Source: Camelus dromedarius (Eukaryota). Taken from it: a stretch of 64,000 nt of DNA. The position numbers were made by a program, and so were the translations under genes. The notes under the pieces are model-generated. The model searched no databases and was not told the origin of the DNA. It saw only the letters and a program-made list of their open reading frames with translations. The DNA lies in NCBI RefSeq assembly GCF_036321535.1, contig NC_087436.1, positions 53,942,001 to 54,006,000 on the forward strand, read 5' to 3'. Below are positions 52,157 to 64,000 of this stretch, one piece after another; the first letter of the stretch is position 1; each line of letters opens with the position of its first letter.

Positions 52157-52283
52157 CCAATTCTAAAGCTGCTATTAGTGCCAAAGCAACAAGGGCTTCA
52201 TTCTGCATTATTACATGTTCACTAGTTGCCATGGTAACTAGATGCTTGACGCCACCACTTTGTACAATGGTTTTAATTACATC
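52157..52283 (-). CDS. RAP1GDS1: RAP1GDS1 coding exon (probably exon 13), 127 nt
   Basis: tgtag|GAT GTA ATT...GAA TTG G|gtaagt; DVIKTIVQSGGVKHLVTMATSEHVIMQNEALVALALIAALEL. Confidence 0.95.
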
Positions 52284-52697
52284 CTACAATAAATATCACA
52301 GAATAATAAACTTTAATTTTAAAACATAAAGAAACTGCATTACAATCAGTCAATTCACTGTTGAGTGGTTTTCTGACAGTGTCCCCTATGAATCATTACA
52401 TTTAGCCATAATTTTTTTCTTCACAGAAGAAAAGGAAAAAGCTTTTAGCTTTAAATAAATCCATCAAAAGGTGACAACTTTTAAATTACCTAGGTGAAAA
52501 AGACCACCGCAGTTCATATCAAGGAACAGAGTCCCAGAAGCTTCCAAAGTCAAAGAAATAAAGTGACATTGCCCCAAATGTTGACTTACCACAAGATCAA
52601 CAAGAGACTAAGTCTTGAAATAATTTAAAAAGTTCTTTTCTTTTTCACATTTGTAATATAACACCAGGTAGGTGTTCTCCAGATGCACTAGGTGAAG

Positions 52698-52698
<1 letters not shown>

Positions 52699-52773
<75 letters not shown>
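52699..52773 (+). repeat. Compound tetranucleotide repeat (TATT)n(TACT)n
   Basis: Directly visible. Confidence 0.95.
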
Positions 52774-53591
52774 GTAGCTTTTAAAAACCATTGTTGGATC
52801 TGACAAAACTAGATTACATACAAAGGGACTTGAGCAGAACTTAAAATTCTGTCTCCCTCATTTTTCATGGTGCCTACGGTTCTGCCCTCTCCAACTGCAA
52901 AGGGAGCACTGGGCTCCAGACTCAAAAAATCCCAGCACCACCACTTTGAGCAAATTACTGAAGCTCTCTGCCTCTCAAAGAATTCACCTATAATAATGAG
53001 ATAATGTAAGTGTATATCTCATAGGGTTTTGTTAAAATTACAATGTTACTACATGAAAAGCACAAAGGCTAGATTTTTTTTAAATGATCACTTTTTTTCT
53101 AGTACTCAGTTTTGTCTTCATCTCACTTCATCTAGTACTCGTTGTTGCCTTAAAACTCTTGGGCTAAATATGATTTAGTAGAAACTCTCAATTATAGAAT
53201 ATTTTAAAAGTAACTTTATTACTTTTCACTATTTTTAGTAACCTGAAGTAACCACTGGAATATTTTAAGTAGCCTGTCCCAGTTAGCTTCAATGATACAA
53301 AACTAACTGTAATTAGAAATATTTTTCAAATTAATTTGTTAAAATATTTGAAAAAGGAGTTCTTTTCTCCTTCTACCTTATGTAAATTTTTAAGAAAACT
53401 ATTTATAGACAGTATCTTTGTTTTGAGCCCAGACTTGTTTAGTGATTAAACATTCTAAATCAATAGAGTCCAAGTAGTGAGTTTTTTGGTAGCTGTGTTA
53501 TAGCGTCTAATGTCTTTTCCCACCCACTTCTTCTAGAAAGTGAGAAACCATGTTTCAAAGCCTTTCTTAGTGAAAAGGAAGCCTCCCAATC

Positions 53592-53937
53592 CAGGCAACC
53601 CTCCGTATCTGTGGGTTCTGTATCTGCGGTTCTGAATCCATGGATTCAGCCAACCACGTACCAAAAATGTTTGGGGAAAAGATAACTCCCATAAAATTCC
53701 AAAAAGCAAAACCTGAATTTGTTGTGTGCTGGCAACTTTTTAGTATTTACATTGTATTTACAAATATTTACATCGTATTTACAACTATTTACATCGTATT
53801 TACATTGTATTAGGTAATTTAGAGATGACAAAGTATATGGGAGGATGTGCACATATAAAGGACTTGAGCATCCACAGATTTTGGTACCTGAAGGTGTGTC
53901 TAGGAACCAATTCCTCTCAGATACCAAGGGACAGCTA
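53592..53937. mobile_element. Tigger-type non-autonomous DNA transposon (MER2-like)
   Basis: Termini CAGGCAACCCTCCGTATC... and ...GATACCAAGGGACAGCT; shares ggacttgagcatc...gattttggta with the 35985 element; internal short tandem tatttaca repeats. Confidence 0.7.
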
Positions 53938-54399
53938 TATACTGCGTACTCAGAGGCAGCTTATTTGAAACTGATATATAATTCTTAAAATTAGTAAAGA
54001 ATTTTATAAAAATCACAAAGATTTTTGAGTCAAGAAGACCACAAAAGATTCACAAGATACATATGCAGTCACCTAGGAAGGTTCCTGGACTATCATTTCA
54101 TCCTCCCGTTTGTGATTCACCCTAAAAAGTCCACTGTACTAGAAAGAAGGGAAAGGAATAAATGAAGAAAATCTGTACACCAGAAGTGAATACCACTACT
54201 ACCCTTCAATCCAAGCATAGCTTTTTCCCACCTCATTTTTCTGGAAGAGATACCTGAGTATTTCCCTTTAAAATGTCTGCCCCTGCTCCTCCTACTTCAG
54301 TAAATGCTTACTGAGTAGCTTATGGCGTCACTCTGCCTGATAGAATGGAGGATAAAAAGTAAATGCAGCCTTGTACTTGTGACATATGACAAAAGAGGA

Positions 54400-54635
54400 T
54401 TATTACTATTGGTAGCTACCCTTTATGGAGCAACACCTACACCCAGGACACTGTACTGGGTAGCTTACAGACAACAGCTCATTTTCACCCTAGATAGTAT
54501 CTCCAGTTTATAGATGAGGAAACTGAAGTTCAGATTGTTATATAATTTGCCTCAAGTCAGACAGTGATTAAATAGTGAAAAGCCAAGATTCAAATCCAGA
54601 CAGCCTGACCACCAGGTCCTCATTTTTAACCATTT
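54400..54635 (-). mobile_element. MIR SINE remnant (others near 3860-3970, 15870-15960, 17400-17560, 52930-53060)
   Basis: MIR core tttatagatgaggaaactgaag...gattcaaatccagacagcctgac. Confidence 0.65.
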
Positions 54636-57600
54636 GTGGTCTATGCAAAAGTATATGTACTGAATTCATTATAGTGCCAAGCAGAGGCAGTCATTTAATG
54701 TGATTTCAAGAGGCTCTATGAATGTATTTTAAAGTTATGCTTTTAACTTCAAGACAAAAAATAGCACCACTCCATAGAACAAGAAGATTCATCTGGAGAA
54801 TTACAAATAACTTTAACCAATACACTTCCAAAATTAATCCAGAGATTATTTTAACCTCTCTGAAACCATTTCATTTATAATAAGTAAATATATTTTATTT
54901 CATAATCCTATTTTTCAAGAAGTTTTTCTATAGAAGGCTAAATTTCAGTACATATATAACCAAGGCAAATTATCTATGTTAACAGTCTCACATATTTATC
55001 ATTTATGGTCAATTTGCTCTTAATTGTTGAGATAAATCCAGCTAAAGACTTTGTTGAAAACATCAATTACAATGGAATGTTTTGAGATAGGCTTGAATTT
55101 GAGATAATTTATAAGATTATAGGCTCATGTAGCTCCCGAATCACCTATCAAAACCTTTCTTTCTCAACAATCTATCATCAAAGCTCTCAGTCCAGGGTTT
55201 AAATAAATATTTGTTGGACGAATAAGCAAATGACTAAATACATTTGTTTAAGTATTTTTAGCTTGATAACTGATGAAGAATGTTTTACTCTTAAAGGTTA
55301 AGGAAAAGTACCCTGCTTTGACAGGAGGGAATTTTTATATTCATGGTGTAGAGGCAAACTATGTTTCTCAAGCTAGCTGCTTAGGAGCCCTAGCTGAGGA
55401 CATGCTTTCAAGGCAAGATGTGAGTTTACCTATTGGCATAAGCAAGGAATACATTCTATATGGCCAAGATGCCTAAGCCAGGGTGAAACTGTGAATCAGT
55501 GCAAACTTCTGGAGTGCTGTACTCTAAGACAGATATCAGGGTGACTTTAAAAGGAGTAGAATCTTCAAAGTTTAAGAACAACACAAGGAGAGAGCCATGA
55601 TTCACAACAGTTGGTTAAGGATCTACAGGAATGCAACAAATTTTACCTAATGTTTAATTACTTTTTAAAAGCTTATTCCATAGCATTTTCCAAAGTATTT
55701 CCAGTGGAATGTTAATAGGTGTCTCTTGCAAAAAAGACCCACAGTGAAACAGTTTGTGAATCAGTGAACAAATTAAAAGAAGAATTCCAAAGGCAAGTTA
55801 AGGGAATGTGCTATTTCCCTAACTAACCTGACCATAAAATCCTTTTTCTTTGTCGAACATTTCTTGGAGTTATTATTTGATGAAACATATTTTGAGAACT
55901 GCTGCTTGAAAGGAATCGCTGATTCCTTTCATGTTTGTTAAATTTAAAAATAATTTAATAATTCTAATCCAGAGGTCACACAAAGAACATACGTTGTATT
56001 CTTTTCATTGAAGCCTATGAATCAAAGTTCCAATTGCCTCTTAGCAGCAGTATAATCTCAATTGTAGTAAAGATATGTAAAGGAAAAAAACAGTCGATTT
56101 GGTACTGAATTGTAAAAAAGTTATAATGCAACTATAAATTTGAAACCCTATATTATTTCCAATTATTTTTTTATTACACATACTCATACCAACACCCACA
56201 TCCCTACAAAGGTACCATCTAGTATTTCTCATGTTTTTTTCAAAAACCTTACATAGTTGATAGATGCTTAATGGGTACTTAAAAGTTTTTGACAGGGAGA
56301 AAATAAGAGATTAGATGAGGCAAAGGGAAACCTGTGATAAATGAAACTCACAAAAAAATCTCAAAACCCTCAGATCTCAATTTAATATTATAGCATTTGA
56401 ATAGTTTTGGTTCTAAGACATGGTTGTTTAAGATGCTGGGATGCATCTAGCTACGGACACATTTTTGTGTCCACTAATGGTTTGGTTATATAATTGTTAG
56501 TTGATACTGAACTGATTTTATGAATTAATCAACTCTTCATTGGACTCACTGGCCTAACTACCACATGTAACAGAAATTTATCTTAGGGTTCCAAATCAGA
56601 TGCCAAAACACGACTCCTGTTGTAATACAGTTAATAGAATATACTGCTGTCAGTAAAAATGTACAAACCTTTAGGCTACTCTGAGTGAAATAAGTAATAG
56701 GAAAGCCCTAATGAACAGCTGCTTTGCTCCACGGAAAGACGCCAAGAGATAACTTCTGATGGGGAGGAACATTCCTGTGGCCAGTCAGCTGGAATAGCTA
56801 TTATGGTGAAGTCAATTATTTGTATGAAGGAGATTTACACAAGTCAAGGAATACCCTTATTTTTAAGCTTTTTCTCTTGCCATCTTCTTTTAATTTGTTC
56901 CATAAATAAATGAAAATAGCTCGTGGATTTTTAGTTCTAAACTGTCGTTCGTCTCACATACAATCAGTTGTAAACAAGTGAAATGGTCAAAAGGCTCACT
57001 TCAAAAATGAGATTATAAAAAATAAAAGGTATCTAACTTGGATACTAAATCAGCTGCTGAACTGTTGGCCTGAGTTCCCACCACTGTGACCTTTAAAACA
57101 GTTCATTTTTTCATTCATTTCTTCCTTTCCTCTACAAAAATTTACAGGTGATTTACCACATACCAGACACATACCAGGCTGAACCCTGACAAGAGAATGG
57201 ATTTCATCCAACTTTATGAGTTTGGGGCATCATCTACCACCCAGATATCATTTAATTTCTGAGTATCCGTGGCTTGCTGGGTCAGAGCGTGGCACACGGA
57301 AGATGCCTGACACAGATGCTGGTAGTGGTGGAGAACAACAGCACCCTCCACTGACTGAGTGCTCACTGTGTCCGGCGGCAGCTGAGCGCTCTGTCTATGT
57401 GATCTCATCGAATCATCCTCACAGCACTTTCATGTGGGTGTCATCCCAATTTTTATAGGTGAAGATACTGAGAAGTGAATACATTTGACCAAGTAAATTG
57501 CAGAGATATAACCTGAACTCATCTCTGCTTTGATTCCAAAGCGTTCCTCTTATCTATTATGGAGTAGAACTAAATTTTAAAAAGTTCAATCTTCAATTAT

Positions 57601-57737
57601 TTTTTTCAGAATTGTGGATTACTGTATTTACACATGAATACATAAAAAAGGCAAGCTTATGATACAGGTCTATGATACTGGGTTTCCGAAAAGGCCACTG
57701 CAATGTTTGATGGTGAACGGTTTCCTCTAGGACTTAC

Positions 57738-57877
57738 TTTTGATTTACTGTGTCGTATGAGGGCAGAGAGCAGTCTGTTTGACTCCCCCATCACACCAGC
57801 ATGATCTTTGGCTTCACACCATTCCACCAAACGCTCCACTAATTTAACATTCTTTCCCAGTTGTTCAGCAGCTTCTG
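57738..57877 (-). CDS. RAP1GDS1: RAP1GDS1 coding exon (probably exon 12), 140 nt
   Basis: ctatag|CA GAA GCT...TCA AAA|gtaagt; (A)EAAEQLGKNVKLVERLVEWCEAKDHAGVMGESNRLLSALIRHSKSK. Confidence 0.95.
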
Positions 57878-58551
57878 CTATAGAAAAGAAGGCAAACCAC
57901 AAAGGAATGAATCACTGCTAGGCGATCAACTGAAATAACTGGTGGAAAATTACATGTCTAAAAAACATAACAATTTTATTAAAGCGAGAACTGCAAATAT
58001 TCTGTTTCTGATGAACTATTGGGCTTTTTCTATCAAGCTGTGGACTTTCATACAAAATACAAAAACAAACAACTTTGTACTTGTTTGGTTCTGCCTGGCA
58101 GTCCATTAGTACTCTGGCAAACTATAATGAAGAGTTTTTATAAGGACTCTAAGGAATCAATAAAGAGAAAGGTTTAGAATTCAGAAAGAAGTAAATAAAT
58201 ATAACTAATTTCCAAGGAGTGATTTTCATTACTGTTGCTGTAAACAGAAAAAATGATCTCCCTGTTTGCAAAACAAATTTTACACAATTTTGACTATTAC
58301 TGTATTGAATGAAACTTGATAATTTTGAAGACAGGCTGAAAATGGGTATGGAAAAAAATGCTAAAACATAAAAGCCCCTCAAGAACTGCTAATAAATCAA
58401 CCTAAAACCAAATTATATATACTGATAAAGAGAGATGCAATATAATTTCCATTTAAAGTCAATTATAACAAGTATGGAAATTAATGAACTGGGTTCCAAA
58501 ACCAATCCCTATTGCCTTTTATTTGCTACTTACCTTCTTTTTTTAAAAAAA

Positions 58552-59965
58552 CATTCGACAAAGGAGGCAAGAATATACAATGGAATAAAGACAGTCTCTT
58601 TAGTAAATGGTGTTGGGAAAACTGGACAGCAGCATGTAAATCAATGAAGCTAGAACACTCCCTTACACCATACACAAAAATAAACTCAAAATGGATCAAA
58701 GCCTTAAACATAAGACAAGATACAATAAACCTCCTAGGGGAAAATATAGGCAAAACATTATCTGACATACATCTCAAAAATGTTCTCCTAGGACAGTCTA
58801 CCCAAGCAATAGAAACAAAAGCAAGAATAAACAAGTGGGACCTAATTAAACTTACAAGCTTCTGCACAGCAAAGGAAACCATAAGTAAAACAAAATGACA
58901 ACCTATGGAATGGGAGAAAATTTTTTCAAATGATGAAACCAATAAAGGCTTGATCTCCAGAACATATAAGCAGCTCATACAACATAAGAAAAAAAACAAA
59001 CAATCCAATCCAAAAATGGGCAGAAGACCTAAACAAGCAATTCTCCAAGGAAGACATATAAATGATCAGTAGGCACATGAAAAAAATGCTTATTATCACT
59101 AATTATCAGAGAAATGCAAATCAAAACTACAATGAGGTATCACCTCACACCAGTCAGAATGGCCATCACTCAAAAGTCCACAAATGACAAATGCTGAAGA
59201 GGCTGTGGAGAAAAGGGAACCCTTCTACACTGCTGGTGGGAATGCAGTTTGGTGCAGCCACTGTGGAAAACAGTATGGAGATTCCTCAAAAGACTAGGAA
59301 TAGACTTACCATATAACCCAGTAATGCCGCTCCTGGGCATATATCCAGAAGGAACCCTACTTCAAAAAGACACCTGCACTCCAATGTTCATAGCAGCACT
59401 ATTTACAATAGCCAAAACATGGAAACAGCCTAAATGTCCATCAACAGACAACTGGATAAAGAAGAGGTGGTATATTTATACTATGGAATACTATTCAGCC
59501 ATAAAGATAACAACATAACACCATTTGCAGCAACATGGATGTCCCTGGACAATGTCATTCTAAGTGAAGTAAGCCAGAAAGAGAAAGAAAAATACCATAT
59601 GAGATCACTCATATGTGGAATCTAAAAAGAAAAGAAAAAAAAAAAAAAGAAAAGAACATAAATACAAAACAGAAACAGACTCATAGACATAGAATACAAA
59701 CTTGTGGTTGCCAAGGGAGCAGGGGGTGGGAAGGGACAGACTGGGATTTTAGAACTTGTAGATACTGACAGGCATATGCAGAACAGATAAACAAGATTAT
59801 ACTGTATAGCACAGGGACATATATATAAGATCTTGTAGTAGCTCACAGCACAAAAAAAAATGTGACAATAAATATATGTATGTTCATGTATAACTGAAAA
59901 ATTGTGCTCTCCACTGGAATTTGACACATTTTAAAATGACTATAACTCAATAAAAAAAAGTTTAA
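58552..59965 (+). mobile_element. 5'-truncated LINE-1 of the same young lineage
   Basis: Highly similar to 45925-47300 ([24 protein letters not shown]...), with 3' UTR and A-rich end. Confidence 0.95.
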
Positions 59966-59969
59966 AAAA

Positions 59970-60089
59970 TTGGGGGAGGGGTAATTAGGTTTAATTAATT
60001 AGTTAATTAAATGGAGGTACCGGGGACTGAACCCAGGACCTCATGCATATTAAGCATGCACTCTACCACTGAGCTATACCTGAACCCCA
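59970..60089 (-). mobile_element. tRNA-derived SINE (body; tail apparently split by the adjacent L1)
   Basis: Reverse complement of gtatagctcagtggtagag...ggttcagtccccggtacctcca...cctaattacccctcccc. Confidence 0.85.
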
Positions 60090-60204
60090 GCTACTTATCT
60101 TTATGATTACATAATTCTGAAAGCTGAAAACAAATCCTTTTTCAACTAGAGGCACATTAAAACTATTATACCGAAAATGCACCTTGGGAAAGCATTTCAT
60201 TTAC

Positions 60205-60330
60205 CTTGTGCATCTATTAACATTCTCAGTGTTCCCAGAAGTTTGAACTGAACCGGCGGCATTTCAGATTTAAGGAATTTCAAAACTGCCTCTGTGACTC
60301 CAGCTGATAACATCTTTGCTTTATTTACAA
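60205..60330 (-). CDS. RAP1GDS1: RAP1GDS1 coding exon (probably exon 11), 126 nt
   Basis: tccag|TT GTA AAT AAA...GCA CAA G|gtaaa; (V)VNKAKMLSAGVTEAVLKFLKSEMPPVQFKLLGTLRMLIDAQ. Confidence 0.95.
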
Positions 60331-61153
60331 CTGGAGAGAGAGAGAAAGACTGTGGTTAAAATGGTATTAGCATTCTAATACAATTGATATAATATATAAT
60401 TATATTGATATAATCATTCAATTTAATAACACATTTACTGAATGTCGTATTATCATCAAGGCCTAATGTTGTATTTTTCTATTTAAAAACCAATCTTGTT
60501 ACTTTTCTGTAAATTTTAAGAATGGGATTGGGGTGGGAGGACCAGGGGTAAGTATCCTGTTTGTCTACAGGAGCACAACATACAAAATTACACTTACTGG
60601 CTTTTAAATCTAATCATAAAACAAGTAAGGAAATCTGACAATGTTGCCTTCTTATTTACAAAAAGCACAATTCCTCAACTTAAATAAACTTTTTTTACCT
60701 CTGTCCTTGACCCAACTGTGTTAACAGATACTATAGATGTTAATAAATAATACTAATCTGCTACATGAACCAAACTCATTTCCTATAGATTTCATTTTCA
60801 TATAGTATACACTATTTCACCTAATCAGAAATTTATCTTTAGAAAGTAGAACAATGAATAGTTTTAACTATATCCTGTGTTATTCCCCATGATGATATGA
60901 TTGAAAAGCCTTGTAATCCAAAAGGACACATTGGGGCTATTTTAAAACAGTGTACGTCTGCTGGTGGGGGAAAAAAAATCTTTAAAAGTCATTCTTTAGG
61001 GGACTGTGTTAACTGATACCATTATCCTACCTCAACTGAAGATGCTTAAAAAAGCTTAAATATACAATATGATGAAAATCTAGGCATTCACAAAAGGTAA
61101 TAAAAGATTTGAATGATCTGAACAAAGATTATGCCTGTATAGTCTCAGAAAAT

Positions 61154-61195
61154 TTATTTAACAAAAGATCTCCATTATTTAACAAAAGATCTCCA
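61154..61195 (+). repeat. Perfect 21-bp tandem duplication
   Basis: TTATTTAACAAAAGATCTCCA x2. Confidence 0.9.
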
Positions 61196-61304
61196 TCTGA
61201 TTCTTCTTTTCTTGTTCAGGGCAGGTCCACAAACATAAAGTAAATAACTTCCCAGAACAACAGATTTTTTTCTTACATAGCTGCCTCCCATTCTTAACTC
61301 TTAC

Positions 61305-61439
61305 CTGGAATGGCTAGGTTCCTGAGGGCACTTAGTGCTGCATGCTGTACAGTTACGTTTCCATCTTCTACATGTCTGTCCAGTAAATCCATAAGTTTTT
61401 CTACAATTCCATTGTCTACCATATGGATACAATTTCCAT
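61305..61439 (-). CDS. RAP1GDS1: RAP1GDS1 coding exon (probably exon 10), 135 nt
   Basis: ttcag|AT GGA AAT TGT...ATT CCA G|gtaag; (D)GNCIHMVDNGIVEKLMDLLDRHVEDGNVTVQHAALSALRNLAIP. Confidence 0.95.
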
Positions 61440-62601
61440 CTGAACAACAACAACAAAAAATACTTTTTTCCCTCTTTACAAATCTCTCTATATATTTTTT
61501 AATATGGATGCCTGCCCATTAACTACATTAGGGAAATAAAATGAATTCTATCTCTTTCTCCCGTCAGATTTATAGATTTGTTTTGTTTGTTTACTGAGTA
61601 AGAAGTCTGATTATAAGATTCTTAATACAGATAACATTTTTTTAAAAATCTGAAAATTGGCCAAAAACGTCTCTAGCTGAGATCCTGATAATATATCAGA
61701 AGATAAGTAAGTAGAAACCACATGCTTAACACATCCTGCAACGGTTTCCATTTATAGTGAAGTGTGCCAGCGTTCTGCCAACGTTACAGTGACAGTACTC
61801 TACATTTTGTTATCATGGCTGATATTTAAGTTGTTTTTTAAAGACAGAATTTTTTAAACATTTATAAAACAGAGAGATTATTATAATGAACTACTATTTA
61901 CCTTACATTTAGCTTCAATAATTATCAATATTTTGCCAGTCTTTATTTCATCATTGAGGGGTTAATGATGGTCCCCAAAAGGAAGGAAGGAATAATGGAA
62001 TAACATGCTTTAACAACAGTTCATATTCAAATAAAATCAAATAAAAACCAAAAACAACCCATATTTCCTAGACACAGTGTTAAGTTTCTAGAATGAATAG
62101 CAGAAGTGTCAGACTTAAGTAATATACATGGAGGCCTGGTGACTCTGAAATATTATTTAAGTAAATATGTGGTCCTAAATCAGAGGATAACCCACACTTA
62201 AATTTTGTAGGCATAAAAGTATAAATTGAGGCACAGTAACGGTACAAAGACTACTCAGATTATTAAATCCAAAATAAAATCATCAAGCAAAAGAGCATAT
62301 CCTCCCAGATCAGATGTATGTTAGAATGAGACCCAAGTTTACTAATCTCTGAAGATAGAGCACTCAGAAGGCCTGAATTCATGATCACTGTTCATGACCT
62401 TTAAACTATCAGAACTTAGTTGAACTGCATTAAGTAAGTAATTTGTGTGGAAAGTTACTAAAAGTACTCCAGATTACTGAAAAATCAAGCTAGCAGCACA
62501 CACAAATACTATGTACACTTCTGAACTGTTCCAGGTTACAGCAAAGCAAAAATTAAAAATATAGAATGTCTGATTTAATAAGGTTGAACTGATATGCTTA
62601 C

Positions 62602-62733
62602 CATTTCTGGCAAAATTTGCAATTGCCAGTGCTCCAGCAAGCTGTAGCTGGTGGTTGTTTGATGGAATCCAAGACAGTACCTTTTGAAACACATTACCTT
62701 TTCCTCCTTCAAATAATTTCTGCATGGATTCAT
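62602..62733 (-). CDS. RAP1GDS1: RAP1GDS1 coding exon (probably exon 9), 132 nt
   Basis: ccag|AT GAA TCC ATG...AGA AAT G|gtaag; (D)ESMQKLFEGGKGNVFQKVLSWIPSNNHQLQLAGALAIANFARN. Confidence 0.95.
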
Positions 62734-63184
62734 CTGGAGGTAAATGAAACAGATATAAGGAAAATCATTAGGGGTAACACATCCATATTCCTAACTGAAG
62801 ATCCACTTGGGAAATTACATACTGTATAATCTATAATTCATAGAGGGAAAAGTAATTACTCTTTTTATAATAAACTTTTAGAAGAGACTGGACAAAAGAG
62901 TTTAGTCTAAGCCCCAAGTAGCCATCTAGCTAGCTTATAGTCCTTTGGTGCCAAAGTCCTCTTCTATATGACAACTCTTTAAATATTGGAAGATTTACTC
63001 TTTTCCAGGTTCATTATCCCTAGTTCTCTTCCTGATGTGTTTAAGACTTCAAAATCATCACATCAACGGGATTAAATGTCATAGTAAAATGAGAAAATGC
63101 CTAATACCGTATTTATAAAAGAGACAATAAGTTAAAAAAAAATCTGACAACTATGTTCTTTGGTCAGCATAAATTACAACTCAC

Positions 63185-63328
63185 CTCCAAGAAGTAATAA
63201 AACCATTAGATCTGAAGCTGTTTTGAGCTCAGCAATATCTTCTTCTTTGTCACTATCCACTTTCTGCTGAACAATCTCTAGTAGACATTCTACCAGGCCT
63301 GCTTCAACTAGCTGTAGTTTAATAGCAT
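63185..63328 (-). CDS. RAP1GDS1: RAP1GDS1 (SmgGDS) coding exon (probably exon 8), 144 nt
   Basis: Minus strand tttag|AT GCT ATT...GGA G|gtgag; (D)AIKLQLVEAGLVECLLEIVQQKVDSDKEEDIAELKTASDLMVLLLLG. Confidence 0.95.
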
Positions 63329-64000
63329 CTAAAGAAGGTGAATAAAATAAACAGAATTTGAGATGAAACAGGAGTTTTAGTATAAACAAATGATTCATAG
63401 TGAAGAATTATAAAACACCAAGAAAGTGCATGATTTAGATAATACACCTTTGAAGATTTGAGTTTCAAAAGGAAATATCTGACACTGCAGCTTAAATACA
63501 CAAAGCTTTACTTCATTTTTCCATTTGAAATTATGTCACCTTTCACAATGTCTGGCAGCACCTAAACAAACTGATTCTCAGCTCTGAAGGCGAGTAACAT
63601 CACTCTGATGTTTTTCTAGATAGTACCCTTATGTTTAAAAAACAATATATAAAATATCTGAAACTGTTTAAAATAAAACACACATACCTGTTACATAAAG
63701 TTAAAATATATCCAGTTAACAGAGTTTACAAAGTTATAGAAACTTGTTGAATATAAAGTTGCTGAAAAGAGCTTTGAGTAAATTTCAAAGTATATCACAA
63801 GTATGTACATTCATATTTGCATGAATGTTATTTTTTAAGGGCAGTTAATTAATCTGTAACTTTCTGAAACTGAAAAGTCATGTCTTAAAAAAGGGCTTCA
63901 GTTTTTCATTAATTTGAAGCTTTCTTTGGTGATGGGTACATGGTGGTTCATTATACTATTATTCTTTCTACATCTGAACAGGTTTTAAAATTCCCATAAT

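Noticed and set aside
53745..53812. CRISPR-like or novel periodic repeat (tatttaca units)
   Set aside because: Short tandem slippage inside a Tigger-type transposon fossil, with no spacers.
56455..56472. Small hairpin GGACACA-TTTT-TGTGTCC
   Set aside because: A 7-bp stem is expected by chance in 64 kb; no miRNA- or snoRNA-like context.

Overview
Mammalian genomic DNA, probably camelid (inferred from the repeat content, not verified). It holds the 3' halves of two convergent spliced genes. TSPAN5 (+ strand) contributes its last six coding exons (9506-20404) and a 3' UTR ending near tandem AATAAA signals at 22528/22544. RAP1GDS1/SmgGDS (- strand) contributes its last eight coding exons (63328 down to the stop at 39836) and a 3' UTR ending near 38250. 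All introns are GT-AG and both reading frames are intact. The ~15.7 kb between the 3' ends and the introns carry ordinary repeats: young and old LINE-1, tRNA-derived SINEs, MIR/L2 remnants, MLT1 LTRs, Tigger/hAT fossils and microsatellites. Nearly all other ORFs in the supplied track are chance or L1-derived. I found no convincing new biological system. The best second-look items are modest: a near-palindromic RFX X-box inside a coding exon, an X-box-containing intronic enhancer candidate, a CTCF-like site between the genes, a NAGNAG acceptor, frame-symmetric exon architecture, nested retrotransposons with readable TSDs, and in-frame indels between two young L1 copies. Exon numbers and repeat family names come from recall, not from a search.
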